From an uncultured Bacilli bacterium (GTDB taxonomy: Bacteria; Bacillota_I; Bacilli_A; RF39; UBA660), in assembly GCA_944331895.1 (NCBI GenBank), contig CALVIX010000001.1, positions 105,545-169,544 on the forward strand: a stretch of 64,000 bases of DNA, written 5' to 3'. The notes under the pieces are model-generated. The model did no database searches, was not told the DNA's origin, and saw only the letters and a list, made by a program, of their open reading frames with translations. Numbering within the stretch: position 1 is the first letter of the stretch; each line of letters opens with the position of its first letter. The translations under genes and the position numbers were made by a program. Positions 19,717 through 30,665 of the stretch are shown in pieces.

Positions 19717-20895
19717 TTATTTTACTAATTCATAAGTATCCCTTGCAATCATAAGTTCTTCATCCGTTGGGATTACATAGCAAGGCACAGTAGAATCCTC
19801 TGTTGTAATTAAACGTTCTTCTCCACGTACTTGATTTGCCTTTTCATCTAACTTAATTCCTAAGCAAGCAAGATGATCGATAATTTGCTTTCTCGTATAA
19901 GATGAATTTTCTCCAAGTCCGGCAGTAAAGACGATCGCATCAGCTCCACCCATCCAAACATAATATTTGGCAATATGTTCAACAACACGTTTTACATACA
20001 TCTCTTGAGCTAAAATACACTTTTCGTCTCCCTTTTCAATACCGTCTTCGATATCTCTTGCATCGCTATATTTTTCACTAACACCTAAGAATCCACTATT
20101 CTTATTTAATGCATTATCTACTTCGGCAAGTGACATACCAGATTGTTCCATTACATATGGAATCATAGAATAATCGATATCGCCACTACGTGTTCCCATC
20201 ATGATACCTGCATTTGGAGTAAATCCCATAGAAGTATCTGCACATTTTCCATCGATAACAGCACTAACACTTCCACCACTACCAATATGGCAAGTAATTA
20301 CTTTCGTATTCGTACGACCTAAAATTTCATTCATACGTTGTGAAACATATTTATGACTCGTTCCATGGAACCCATATTTACGTACTCCATACTTTGTATA
20401 CCACTCGTATGGTACTGGATATAAATATGCACTAGGCTTCATCGTTTGATGGAAAGCAGTATCAAATACAGCAGCTGCTTTTGCATTTGGAATCATCTCT
20501 TGGAATGCGCGAATTCCGATGATCCCTGCTGGATTGTGAAGAGGTGCGAGTGGAATCAATTTTTCGATTTGAGCAACGACATCTTCATCCACCAATACAG
20601 TATGATCAAATTTATCACCACCATGTACTGCACGATGACCAATACCTTTGATCTCATTTAAATCAGAAACAACACCATAATCTAATAATTCCTGCGTTAA
20701 AATTTTAACAGCTTCCTTATGATCTGGAACATTTGCTTCCTTCTTCGTTTTTTCTCCATTAAATTTAATCGTGTAAAAGCTTCCATCGATTCCAATTCTT
20801 TCAAAAACACCTGCAATCAAAACTTTCTCTTCTGGCATTTCGTATAATTGGAATTTTAGTGAAGAACTTCCACAGTTCACTGATAATATTTTCAT
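19717..20895 (-). CDS. ackA: Acetate kinase
   Basis: MKILSVNCGSSSLKFQLY and ...VHLGNGAS-type motifs are present. The length, 392 aa, is typical. Confidence 0.95.
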   Translation of the reverse strand: MKILSVNCGSSSLKFQLYEMPEEKVLIAGVFERIGIDGSFYTIKFNGEKTKKEANVPDHKEAVKILTQELLDYGVVSDLNEIKGIGHRAVHGGDKFDHTVLVDEDVVAQIEKLIPLAPLHNPAGIIGIRAFQEMIPNAKAAAVFDTAFHQTMKPSAYLYPVPYEWYTKYGVRKYGFHGTSHKYVSQRMNEILGRTNTKVITCHIGSGGSVSAVIDGKCADTSMGFTPNAGIMMGTRSGDIDYSMIPYVMEQSGMSLAEVDNALNKNSGFLGVSEKYSDARDIEDGIEKGDEKCILAQEMYVKRVVEHIAKYYVWMGGADAIVFTAGLGENSSYTRKQIIDHLACLGIKLDEKANQVRGEERLITTEDSTVPCYVIPTDEELMIARDTYELVK

Positions 20896-20909
20896 ATATT
20901 TCCTTCTTT

Positions 20910-21440
20910 CTAAATCTCATACGTTTCCAAAGAAGCAGTATGCGATTGGTACCTAAACAAATTGCCATCTTCTGGCAGTCCATTAAAATAATAATATATA
21001 CATCTTACGATCGCACTATGCGTGACAATCAAAATATTTTTGTCTGGATATTTCGCACGAATCTCATCTAAGAATGAACAGACACGATCATAGACATGTT
21101 TGACACTCTCAGCTTTCTCGTACTTGCGATTTACGTTAATATTCCAGTATTCAGAAAGATCTCTTCCTTCGTTTTTTACCCCTTGAAATTCTCCGTGATC
21201 CCTACTCAACAAACGGTCATCCAAACAGACTAGTAAGTGAGGTGCCGCAAGTTGTAATGTCTCTAACGTTCTTTTTTTAGGAGAACAGTAGGCAAAATCA
21301 ATATCTAATTTGGAAAGAACACTTCTTCTTTGAAGTGCCTGTAATTTCCCCATTTCGTTTAAAGGAATGTCTAAATTTCCAATTGATATATTTGCCTTAT
21401 TTCCATCTGTCTCCCCATGTCTTAAGACATATAATCTCAA
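20910..21440 (-). CDS. Histidine phosphatase family protein (phosphoglycerate-mutase-like)
   Basis: The RHGETDGN catalytic motif is near the N-terminus, with VTHSAIV at the C-terminal His. Length is 176 aa. Confidence 0.8.
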   Translation of the reverse strand: MRLYVLRHGETDGNKANISIGNLDIPLNEMGKLQALQRRSVLSKLDIDFAYCSPKKRTLETLQLAAPHLLVCLDDRLLSRDHGEFQGVKNEGRDLSEYWNINVNRKYEKAESVKHVYDRVCSFLDEIRAKYPDKNILIVTHSAIVRCIYYYFNGLPEDGNLFRYQSHTASLETYEI

Positions 21441-21443
21441 ACG

Positions 21444-23536
<2,093 letters not shown>

Positions 23537-23537
23537 A

Positions 23538-24509
23538 TCAAATCCCCTTTCGAAATTCATTCAATATCGTTTTTACATCTTCTTTGGTCGTTGCCTGCAT
23601 CAACTTTTGTCTTACTTGCGCAGTATGTGGAATTCCTTTTAAATACCATGCAGCATGACTTCGGAGTTCTAAAATTGCAACCTTCTCTGGTTTGATCTCT
23701 AATAGATAAGATAGATGTTTTAAAATCATCTCGATCTTTTCATCTACCGTGACTTCTTGCGGTTCAATTCCACTTTCTAAGTAATCGACACACTCTTTAA
23801 TCAACCATGGATTACCAAGCGCACCTCGACCAATCATGACAGCATCGCATCCAGTTTCCTCTATCATTCTTTTCGCATCATAACAACTTCTAATATCACC
23901 ATTCCCGATCACTGGAATAGAAACTGCTTCTTTTACTTTTTTTATAATCGACCAATCCGCTTTGCCACTATATCCCTGGGCACGTGTTCTACCATGAACA
24001 GCAATTGCTTTAGCGCCAGCTTCCTCTATTTTTTTAGCAATTTCTACAGCATTGATCGAACTACTATCCCAACCACTACGAATCTTTACCGTAACAGGAA
24101 TCGGTACGGATTTCACAACAGCAGATACAATCTCATACACTTTGTCAGGATTTTTCAGTAAAGCACTCCCTGCTTGTGCTCTTAGTGCAACCTTTGGAAC
24201 AGGGCACCCCATATTGATATCAATCAAATCTGGTTTCATCGTTTCATAGATATATTTTGCGGCAGTCACAAAAGAATTGACATCACTTCCAAAAATTTGT
24301 TGATTGATTGGACGTTCTTCTTCTGACATGTAAAGTAATTCTAACGTTCTCTCATTTTTAAAACTTACTGCTTTATCACTAACCATTTCAGCATAGATCA
24401 GTCCGCATCCCATCTCTTTCACAATTCTACGATATGCATTATTACATATCCCTGCCATGGGTGCGAGAACAACTTGGTTTTTTATCTCCACATCGCCAAT
24501 CCGCCACAT
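23538..24509 (-). CDS. dusB: tRNA-dihydrouridine synthase
   Basis: VLAPMAGICNNAYRR is the FMN-binding TIM barrel. The likely start is MWRIGDV at 24509 with RBS GGAAGAGGTGA. Confidence 0.85.
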   Translation of the reverse strand: MWRIGDVEIKNQVVLAPMAGICNNAYRRIVKEMGCGLIYAEMVSDKAVSFKNERTLELLYMSEEERPINQQIFGSDVNSFVTAAKYIYETMKPDLIDINMGCPVPKVALRAQAGSALLKNPDKVYEIVSAVVKSVPIPVTVKIRSGWDSSSINAVEIAKKIEEAGAKAIAVHGRTRAQGYSGKADWSIIKKVKEAVSIPVIGNGDIRSCYDAKRMIEETGCDAVMIGRGALGNPWLIKECVDYLESGIEPQEVTVDEKIEMILKHLSYLLEIKPEKVAILELRSHAAWYLKGIPHTAQVRQKLMQATTKEDVKTILNEFRKGI

Positions 24510-24584
24510 AATATCACCTCTTCCATTATAATATAAATCATCTATTTTATCAACGGACATTCCCTCATACGAAAAGGTAATCGC

Positions 24585-25526
24585 TTAAGCAATTACCTTC
24601 ATTTTATGTATTTGTTCTAACGTACTAGATGTTGGTAATAAATTTCTTACATCTTTCATATCCAAATTTAATGTAGAGAAGAAATCGTATGTAATTTGTG
24701 CGTCCATTTCCGTTTGAAATAAACGCTTCAAGATCATCTCTGCATCAGGATATGCTTCTATCGTACGATCCATATTCTTTCTCAATTGGTAAAGATTAAA
24801 TGTTCCATCATCACTTACAGCATCGCCGATCTTATCTTTAATTGCATCATAGGTATCTGCTGCGTCCGCACAATAAGCATAGTAATCACGGTCAGCTGAT
24901 AACGTTCTCGTCTTAGCAGCTTTATGCCATAACATAGCAAAGGCAATACGAATTTTTTTCACGTCGTCGACAATTACTTTTCCGTTTGTCTCATTCGTAT
25001 AAACTCCTTCTTTTACCGTATATTTTTCATAGTAATCTTTTAAGTCGGCAAAATGGAAGTTTTTCGCCATACCTTGTAATCGGAAATTTTTTCTCTTCTT
25101 TTTCCATATCGTCGAAAGTGAATTTTTTACTTCAAAATGTTGTTTGATGTATTCTTCTACAATACGTGTACTGATCTCGTCATAAAATAAATTATTCAAA
25201 ATTTCTCTTGGATATAAAGACTTTGGAATAAGTAAAGACGTTCCTAATTTTAATCCTGTAATATCCCAATCACCATTTTGACTTAATTGTTCTTCAACTT
25301 TATTCATAAAATATTCATATGTTTGTTTTGAACGACTATTAAATGGTTTCTTATCTTTAGCAATTGATGCATTCGCCCACAAGTTGGCAAATCTTACCTC
25401 GTTAATCAACGTACGATCAGTCACCTGTTTTCCATCTTCTGTTCTTACAAATTCATCAATCACAGTATATTCACTAGCTAACTTTTCCAACGAGTGATAC
25501 TGTTCGGCTAAATCATCAGATTTCAT
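24585..25526 (-). CDS. Hypothetical cytoplasmic protein of about 313 aa
   Basis: The probable start is MKSDD at 25526 with RBS AAAGAAGGTA. A consensus promoter TTGACA-16-TATAAT lies about 60 nt upstream (about 25580..25610). There is no TM or signal peptide, and I could not assign a family. Confidence 0.45.
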   Translation of the reverse strand: MKSDDLAEQYHSLEKLASEYTVIDEFVRTEDGKQVTDRTLINEVRFANLWANASIAKDKKPFNSRSKQTYEYFMNKVEEQLSQNGDWDITGLKLGTSLLIPKSLYPREILNNLFYDEISTRIVEEYIKQHFEVKNSLSTIWKKKRKNFRLQGMAKNFHFADLKDYYEKYTVKEGVYTNETNGKVIVDDVKKIRIAFAMLWHKAAKTRTLSADRDYYAYCADAADTYDAIKDKIGDAVSDDGTFNLYQLRKNMDRTIEAYPDAEMILKRLFQTEMDAQITYDFFSTLNLDMKDVRNLLPTSSTLEQIHKMKVIA

Positions 25527-25678
25527 TTTAATACCTTCTTTCGTACTTCCCTCCAAAAGGGGGAAAACGTACAATATTATAACATATTTTCACATGCTGT
25601 CAAATTTTGGACTCCTATTTAAAAATCCAATACTGTAAAGAAATGACAAAAAACTGACAAAAGTCAGCTCTTTTTATA

Positions 25679-26695
25679 CTATTTTAAAATCCAACCATTA
25701 GGTACTAATCGTTCACCAGTCGCACTATATCCACATGGTTTACTATATGTTTCTCCATTGACAACGAGGCTACTACTAGCGCCTCCATCCATGTTGACAG
25801 CATTGTGAACTTTGTATCTCTTTAAGATGCGAATTGCCTCATTCATATCGATTCCAAGGCTATATCCTGCTTGTCTTCCATCGATAACGATAAAAAGAAC
25901 AATTCCGTCTTTGCGTTGTGCCAAAATAGTACGTGGTGCGATTCCCCAACCACCATTTCCTTTAATTTCAGCAGCTTTTCCATTTACCATTAAAAACGGT
26001 CCAAATTCAACAGCATCTACCATTCCATTCGCAATTGCCTGTTCCGGTGTCTCCTTTGTTAAAACGAGCACGTGATCTTTATTAAAGCCTGACAAACCTC
26101 CGGTACGCCCTGTAGGATTTCCCTTCCATATCAACTTTCCATCTTTGATGATATTTCCAGTTGCAGCTCCACCATTTCCATACTCGTTTGGATCTAGAAA
26201 TCCACTCGCATTGATGGCTACTTTCGCTTGGTTTTCTTTAGCAATATCTCTTAGAAAAGATCCTCTTACACCTAATTTGGATGCGACTGCAAGCTCTATT
26301 TTAGATGGATCATAGATAACAGCCATATATCCTTTATATCCACTTCCACTCAGTGGAACGATCTTGTAATCCTGTCCTTCCTCATGTTTTAAGATTTCTT
26401 CCTCATATACAGATTCATAAGTACCGGTCTGTTCAAAATCTCCGATAACAATATCGTTAACATTGACACTTTCACCAATTTCCGTCACTGTATTAGATTT
26501 TAAAATCTCATCGATCATTTCGTCTGTGTAAAACGTTCGAGCCAAATATTTATGTGTCATTGTCGTCATCGAAGTCGTCACTAGAAGATTTCGAAAATAC
26601 GAAATTGGTCCATAAGTCAAAAAGAATCCAATAACGATGATAATATCACATAAGATGAGCGCTACTGCGCATTTTGTTTTTTTCTTCTTTTTCAT
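25679..26695 (-). CDS. Phosphodiester glycosidase family protein (DUF2233/NAGPA-like), membrane-anchored
   Basis: An N-terminal TM is present. Conserved NAGPA-like blocks are GYMAVIYDPSKIELAV, AINASGF and MDGGASSSLVVNGE. It overlaps the upstream 452-aa gene by 4 nt. Confidence 0.65.
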   Translation of the reverse strand: MKKKKKTKCAVALILCDIIIVIGFFLTYGPISYFRNLLVTTSMTTMTHKYLARTFYTDEMIDEILKSNTVTEIGESVNVNDIVIGDFEQTGTYESVYEEEILKHEEGQDYKIVPLSGSGYKGYMAVIYDPSKIELAVASKLGVRGSFLRDIAKENQAKVAINASGFLDPNEYGNGGAATGNIIKDGKLIWKGNPTGRTGGLSGFNKDHVLVLTKETPEQAIANGMVDAVEFGPFLMVNGKAAEIKGNGGWGIAPRTILAQRKDGIVLFIVIDGRQAGYSLGIDMNEAIRILKRYKVHNAVNMDGGASSSLVVNGETYSKPCGYSATGERLVPNGWILK

Positions 26696-28050
26696 GCTTC
26701 ACCTACCACATAAGGATCTTGTTCTGTTCCGGTTCCAGATAATACTGCTACAGTTGGAAGCATATTTAATACAGGTCGAATCTGTTTTTTCGTCTTAATT
26801 TCATCTAAATATAAACTTCCCTGTTCTGTTATAGTATAAATCATTTCTTCATCGCCAGATCCATTCAATAAAAATACATTCGGAACATCTTCTACGAACA
26901 AGTCTCCTACTTGTAACATTCCAATTTTAGCGTTGACTGTATTTTGACTTGTTGTCGCATAATCATAATTGATGTCTCCGTAGTTTCCTATATTCCATGC
27001 ACCTTCAACAAGATATTCAGGATGTTGTAAAGTGCGATAATAAGTTTGATTTAAATATTGAGCAACAGATTGATACTCTTTCGGATTATATTGATTTGTC
27101 TTACGTGAAAAAATACGTTCCACAGGAACCTGATCCGTCGTAATCACACCATTTAAAGCAAGACGAACCTCATTATTATTTTTTCCAATGATGCGAAACA
27201 TCTGACCACTATAGCGAACATAACCACCAACGTATGCAGATGCCAAAGAAGCAACCGGATGATTTTCTATTATATATGGTTGTTCTTTACTTCCATTTCC
27301 GCCTAATACAGGAAGAGATGCTTTTAATGTAATCGTAGGACGAACTCCATACATACGAGATTGATTTTCAACTTCGTTCTCATTGAGACCACCCTTGTTT
27401 GAAATAAACCAATTCCCTGTTTTAGAGGCATTCGATGTCCAAAAATTTGTTCCATTATTTAAGAAACCAGAAAGACCTCCGCTTCTTTGATAGTCGTCTA
27501 TGCTAAATAATCCGACATAATCGCTGCTAATTTTCTTTTTACAGCTTAGCTTTTTCACATTCGCAATCGTATCTGTACAAACCTCTGTCGTAACCAAATA
27601 TTGTTCTGGTTTCCATAACGTTTTTTCAAAAATTCCAGATTGTGGAACTTCAGAGATATTAGCTAACCATTTCCGTGCATAAGAAGTATCATACGCACTA
27701 TCTTCTCCCCAGGATAACAATGTATACGTATCATCTGTCGTCATTACGACCGCACCATCTTCACGAATCTTAATAACGCGAAATAAATATCCTGAATACG
27801 ATACATAATTTGATACGTTCTTTCCGGCATAATAATATTCCTTCTCATCCTGATATAGACCGTCCCCCTCTACAACAATATTGCGAGGTTGTGTCAGATA
27901 ATCATTTAAGGTAACAAGTTCACTTTCTTTTTTATGTTCTAATTGATAATAATGAATCAAACGATATCCATAATAACCTACCAAAAATAAAATAAATAAT
28001 ATATTCACGATAAATATGACTCGATAAAATATCTTCTTCTTTTCTATCAT
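26692..28050 (-). CDS. Membrane-anchored secreted hypothetical protein with internal repeats
   Basis: An N-terminal TM is present. Two internal repeats are (VSYSGYLFRVIKIREDGAVVMTTDD / VRYSGQMFRIIGKNNNEVRLALNGVITTDQ). Two G-x-G-(S/T)-x-x-x-PY-(I/V) motifs are (GGNGSKEQPYIIE, SGTGTEQDPYVVGEA). Confidence 0.5.
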   Translation of the reverse strand: MIEKKKIFYRVIFIVNILFILFLVGYYGYRLIHYYQLEHKKESELVTLNDYLTQPRNIVVEGDGLYQDEKEYYYAGKNVSNYVSYSGYLFRVIKIREDGAVVMTTDDTYTLLSWGEDSAYDTSYARKWLANISEVPQSGIFEKTLWKPEQYLVTTEVCTDTIANVKKLSCKKKISSDYVGLFSIDDYQRSGGLSGFLNNGTNFWTSNASKTGNWFISNKGGLNENEVENQSRMYGVRPTITLKASLPVLGGNGSKEQPYIIENHPVASLASAYVGGYVRYSGQMFRIIGKNNNEVRLALNGVITTDQVPVERIFSRKTNQYNPKEYQSVAQYLNQTYYRTLQHPEYLVEGAWNIGNYGDINYDYATTSQNTVNAKIGMLQVGDLFVEDVPNVFLLNGSGDEEMIYTITEQGSLYLDEIKTKKQIRPVLNMLPTVAVLSGTGTEQDPYVVGEA

Positions 28051-28175
28051 ACAACATCACTCAATTTCATACAAAAAGAATATTGCAAATTACTCTATTC
28101 TCTTTTAACATTTTATCCTTTTTTATGATACATTTCAAGTAATTTATTTTTATATGACGATTTTGTAACATCAAA

Positions 28176-28193
28176 AAAGGACATATGTCCTTT
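28176..28193 (-). terminator. Terminator: perfect 18-bp palindrome after the 530-aa gene
   Basis: AAAGGACATATGTCCTTT is followed by TTTTGATG on the minus strand. Confidence 0.65.
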
Positions 28194-29784
28194 ATTGTGT
28201 TGTAAATAAACGCATCATCAAATTCGTTAAATTTTGTTGAATTTGTTGTTCTTGTTCGTCTGTAAGATCATCTATCGAAACAGCATTATCAACATCAATC
28301 TTTATATCTGTTCCGTCTTGAATAGTTGCTGAACTTGTAGCATTGATACTTAATAAATTAGAACCTTGACTAGAAAGATCAAAAGTAAAACTTGATGTTG
28401 CCTGATCTTTACTTTCGTATTGATTATCAAATACAATCTTTAATGAAGTAGATCCGTCCTCTAATGAGAATGTATAAGTAATTCCTTTATCACTCGTAAC
28501 TAATTGTAAATTACCTAAATCCTGATTTTTTCCATCCTTCATAACAGCTGTAAATCCGTTATCATTTTTTACAATTTCTGCTTCAAACGTTGTTTGTTCA
28601 TCCGTCAACATACGAATCACGTCATTCTCCCCAAATGTATAACGCAATGTCGTAATTTGTTCTTTCAAATTATATTGTGCCTTATTATAATCAAAGTCAT
28701 CATAATCTGTTACCCATTCCACAATAGAAAGATCGTATTGTACTGCAGAAGACATCAATCCATCCGTATATGCAGACACTAAAATTTTCGTTTCTTTCGC
28801 TTTATTTTGTTGAATTGTCGGTTCATATGATTCAAACTCTGAATAAACTGAATTTATAATATCATTTGCTTTTTTATCATTCTTGATATCTTCAACGACA
28901 GCTATCATAATTTCACTTGTATTGTGAGAATCTAATACCAAAGAAATTTTATCTACATTTTGTTTTTTACCATCTATTGTAGCTTCTGCTTTTGTCTTTA
29001 TAAAATAATCTGATTTTAAGTGTTTTTTTACAGCATCTACGATAAAATTATATAAGTATGTCTGGTCTTCGACATCTGCTGATTGATTTATCGTCTCAAA
29101 CAGATTAAAGTCACCTGTATCGAGATAATAATCGTAGATACCCTTTAGTAATACATATCCCTTTTTATTTTGATTTACAAATGTAACATTGAGGAATGGA
29201 GATTGATTCAATGTTGTGTTCCAATCTAATACCATCTCTTCTTTTTCTTGATCCACTTGATAAGTATATTGATGTTCCATTTTATTTAAATTAGCAATTA
29301 ACGTTTGATACATTTCATAAGTAGGATCCATCATAGTAAAAAGATCAGATTGAATTGTAAGGTTAGCCTTCCCCGTAACCGTATATGATTTTCTCGATTC
29401 TGGTGCATGTTCTAAAAGTGGCTGATATAAATATTCTATGCGATCTTCTAGTTGGGTTGTCGCTCTTACAAACATCGCTTTCTTGTCAAAATGAAAATAA
29501 TAAGTAAACGCTCCTAGAACGATACAAAGTGCCCCTAATAGGATAACCCAAATAAATTTTTTCTGGTGCTTTCCAAAGTCTCCTACCTTTTTGACTTGAT
29601 CTTTTTCTACATCTCCACTATTTTCAGAAATCATAACATCTTCTTTGATTGCGTCCTGTCTTTCTAAAGCTTCTAACTTTTCCTTTTGAACTTCTACTGT
29701 TTCTAAATTAACTGGTGTAACTTTACTCTTCTTTTTTCTCCCTCTCATAAGAATACTCCTTTTTTCTACAAATTTTGTACACAC
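28192..29784 (-). CDS. Membrane-anchored hypothetical protein (77-aa cytoplasmic N-terminus, one TM, roughly 430-aa extracytoplasmic domain)
   Basis: The TM is FIWVILLGALCIVLGAFTYYF. I recognised no motif. It has its own terminator and an upstream tandem repeat. Confidence 0.5.
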   Translation of the reverse strand: MCTKFVEKRSILMRGRKKKSKVTPVNLETVEVQKEKLEALERQDAIKEDVMISENSGDVEKDQVKKVGDFGKHQKKFIWVILLGALCIVLGAFTYYFHFDKKAMFVRATTQLEDRIEYLYQPLLEHAPESRKSYTVTGKANLTIQSDLFTMMDPTYEMYQTLIANLNKMEHQYTYQVDQEKEEMVLDWNTTLNQSPFLNVTFVNQNKKGYVLLKGIYDYYLDTGDFNLFETINQSADVEDQTYLYNFIVDAVKKHLKSDYFIKTKAEATIDGKKQNVDKISLVLDSHNTSEIMIAVVEDIKNDKKANDIINSVYSEFESYEPTIQQNKAKETKILVSAYTDGLMSSAVQYDLSIVEWVTDYDDFDYNKAQYNLKEQITTLRYTFGENDVIRMLTDEQTTFEAEIVKNDNGFTAVMKDGKNQDLGNLQLVTSDKGITYTFSLEDGSTSLKIVFDNQYESKDQATSSFTFDLSSQGSNLLSINATSSATIQDGTDIKIDVDNAVSIDDLTDEQEQQIQQNLTNLMMRLFTTQ

Positions 29785-29855
29785 GATAAAATCATATATA
29801 CCTATAATACTTCTACAATCATTCTATCACATTTCTATCACATTTAAAACAAAAA

Positions 29856-29880
29856 AAGCTCATTTATAACAAATAAGCTT
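29856..29880 (-). terminator. Rho-independent terminator after the 184-aa repeat protein gene
   Basis: The 10-bp stem AAGCTTATTT/AAATGAGCTT includes one G-U pair. The loop is GTTA, and TTTTTTTG follows. Confidence 0.65.
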
Positions 29881-29900
29881 CTACCCATCGTATTTCATTT

Positions 29901-30455
29901 TTAATATTCTTCTGCAGCCAATACTACTCCGTTTTGATCAAACTTAATCGATTTGAAAATTGGCCATTTTTTTGTGTCTTTTTCCACTTCGGCATTTTCT
30001 TTCGCTTCCGTTAAGGCAAAAGGATTTGAGACATCTTCTAAATTGGGTAATTTCTCTTTTTCTGTGGCACTGTGGTCAGCAACTACCACTCCATTTTCAT
30101 CAAATTGATAAAGTGGCATTGGTTTCGATTCTAATTTTGTCGTTGCCTCCATCAATACTCTTCCATTCTTATCAAACTGATATACATTTGAACTAGAACT
30201 TGTTGCCACGTTAGAATTCTTGTCGGTCAGTTCATCTTTTTTCTCTTTAAACATCAACGACATTTTGGTAGCTTGTTCCATAAATTTTACACATGCATCA
30301 TCCGTATATCCTTTATGTAAAACTTCTTGTATATCTTGTTTGTTAAAATAAATTGTTTTATGACTAGTCAAATTCCCCTCTGGATATTTCTCAGCAACAT
30401 AGTCATATACATAGTTTGTGTTTTCTATGCTAATAGGAAAATATCCAATAATCAT
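29901..30455 (-). CDS. Hypothetical protein with three Y/K-x-F-D-x-N-G-V-V repeats
   Basis: The repeats are YQFDKNGRVL, YQFDENGVVV and KFDQNGVVL, spaced about 30-45 aa apart. There is no TM and no signal peptide. The ATG at 30455 lacks a convincing RBS, so the start is uncertain. Confidence 0.45.
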   Translation of the reverse strand: MIIGYFPISIENTNYVYDYVAEKYPEGNLTSHKTIYFNKQDIQEVLHKGYTDDACVKFMEQATKMSLMFKEKKDELTDKNSNVATSSSSNVYQFDKNGRVLMEATTKLESKPMPLYQFDENGVVVADHSATEKEKLPNLEDVSNPFALTEAKENAEVEKDTKKWPIFKSIKFDQNGVVLAAEEY

Positions 30456-30640
30456 AACAACTTGATCATCTTTGCCGAAATTGAATATTTTAATAACCTC
30501 TCTTCATCTGCAATATAAATATCCATAGCAAATACCTCTCTATCTTTTCACATTATAACATTTTATTATCCTATATGTAAATGAAATTCATGAAGAAGGT
30601 GTTGGTTTTTTAGTTTTTTATATTATTAAATCGATGAAAA

Positions 30641-30658
30641 AAAGTGCATCCTGCACTT
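30641..30658 (-). terminator. Rho-independent terminator after the CHAP gene
   Basis: An 8-bp stem AAAGTGCA/TGCACTTT has loop TCC, then TTTTTTTC on the minus strand. Confidence 0.65.
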
Positions 30659-30665
30659 TCTTTTA

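Noticed and set aside
26692-29784. Assigning the 452-aa and 530-aa membrane proteins as EssB/EsaA
   Set aside because: EssB has a central TM with an N-terminal cytoplasmic pseudokinase of about 220 aa. EsaA is about 1000 aa with terminal TM clusters. These proteins have an N-terminal or near-N-terminal single TM and different sizes. They are flagged as worth structural comparison but not called.
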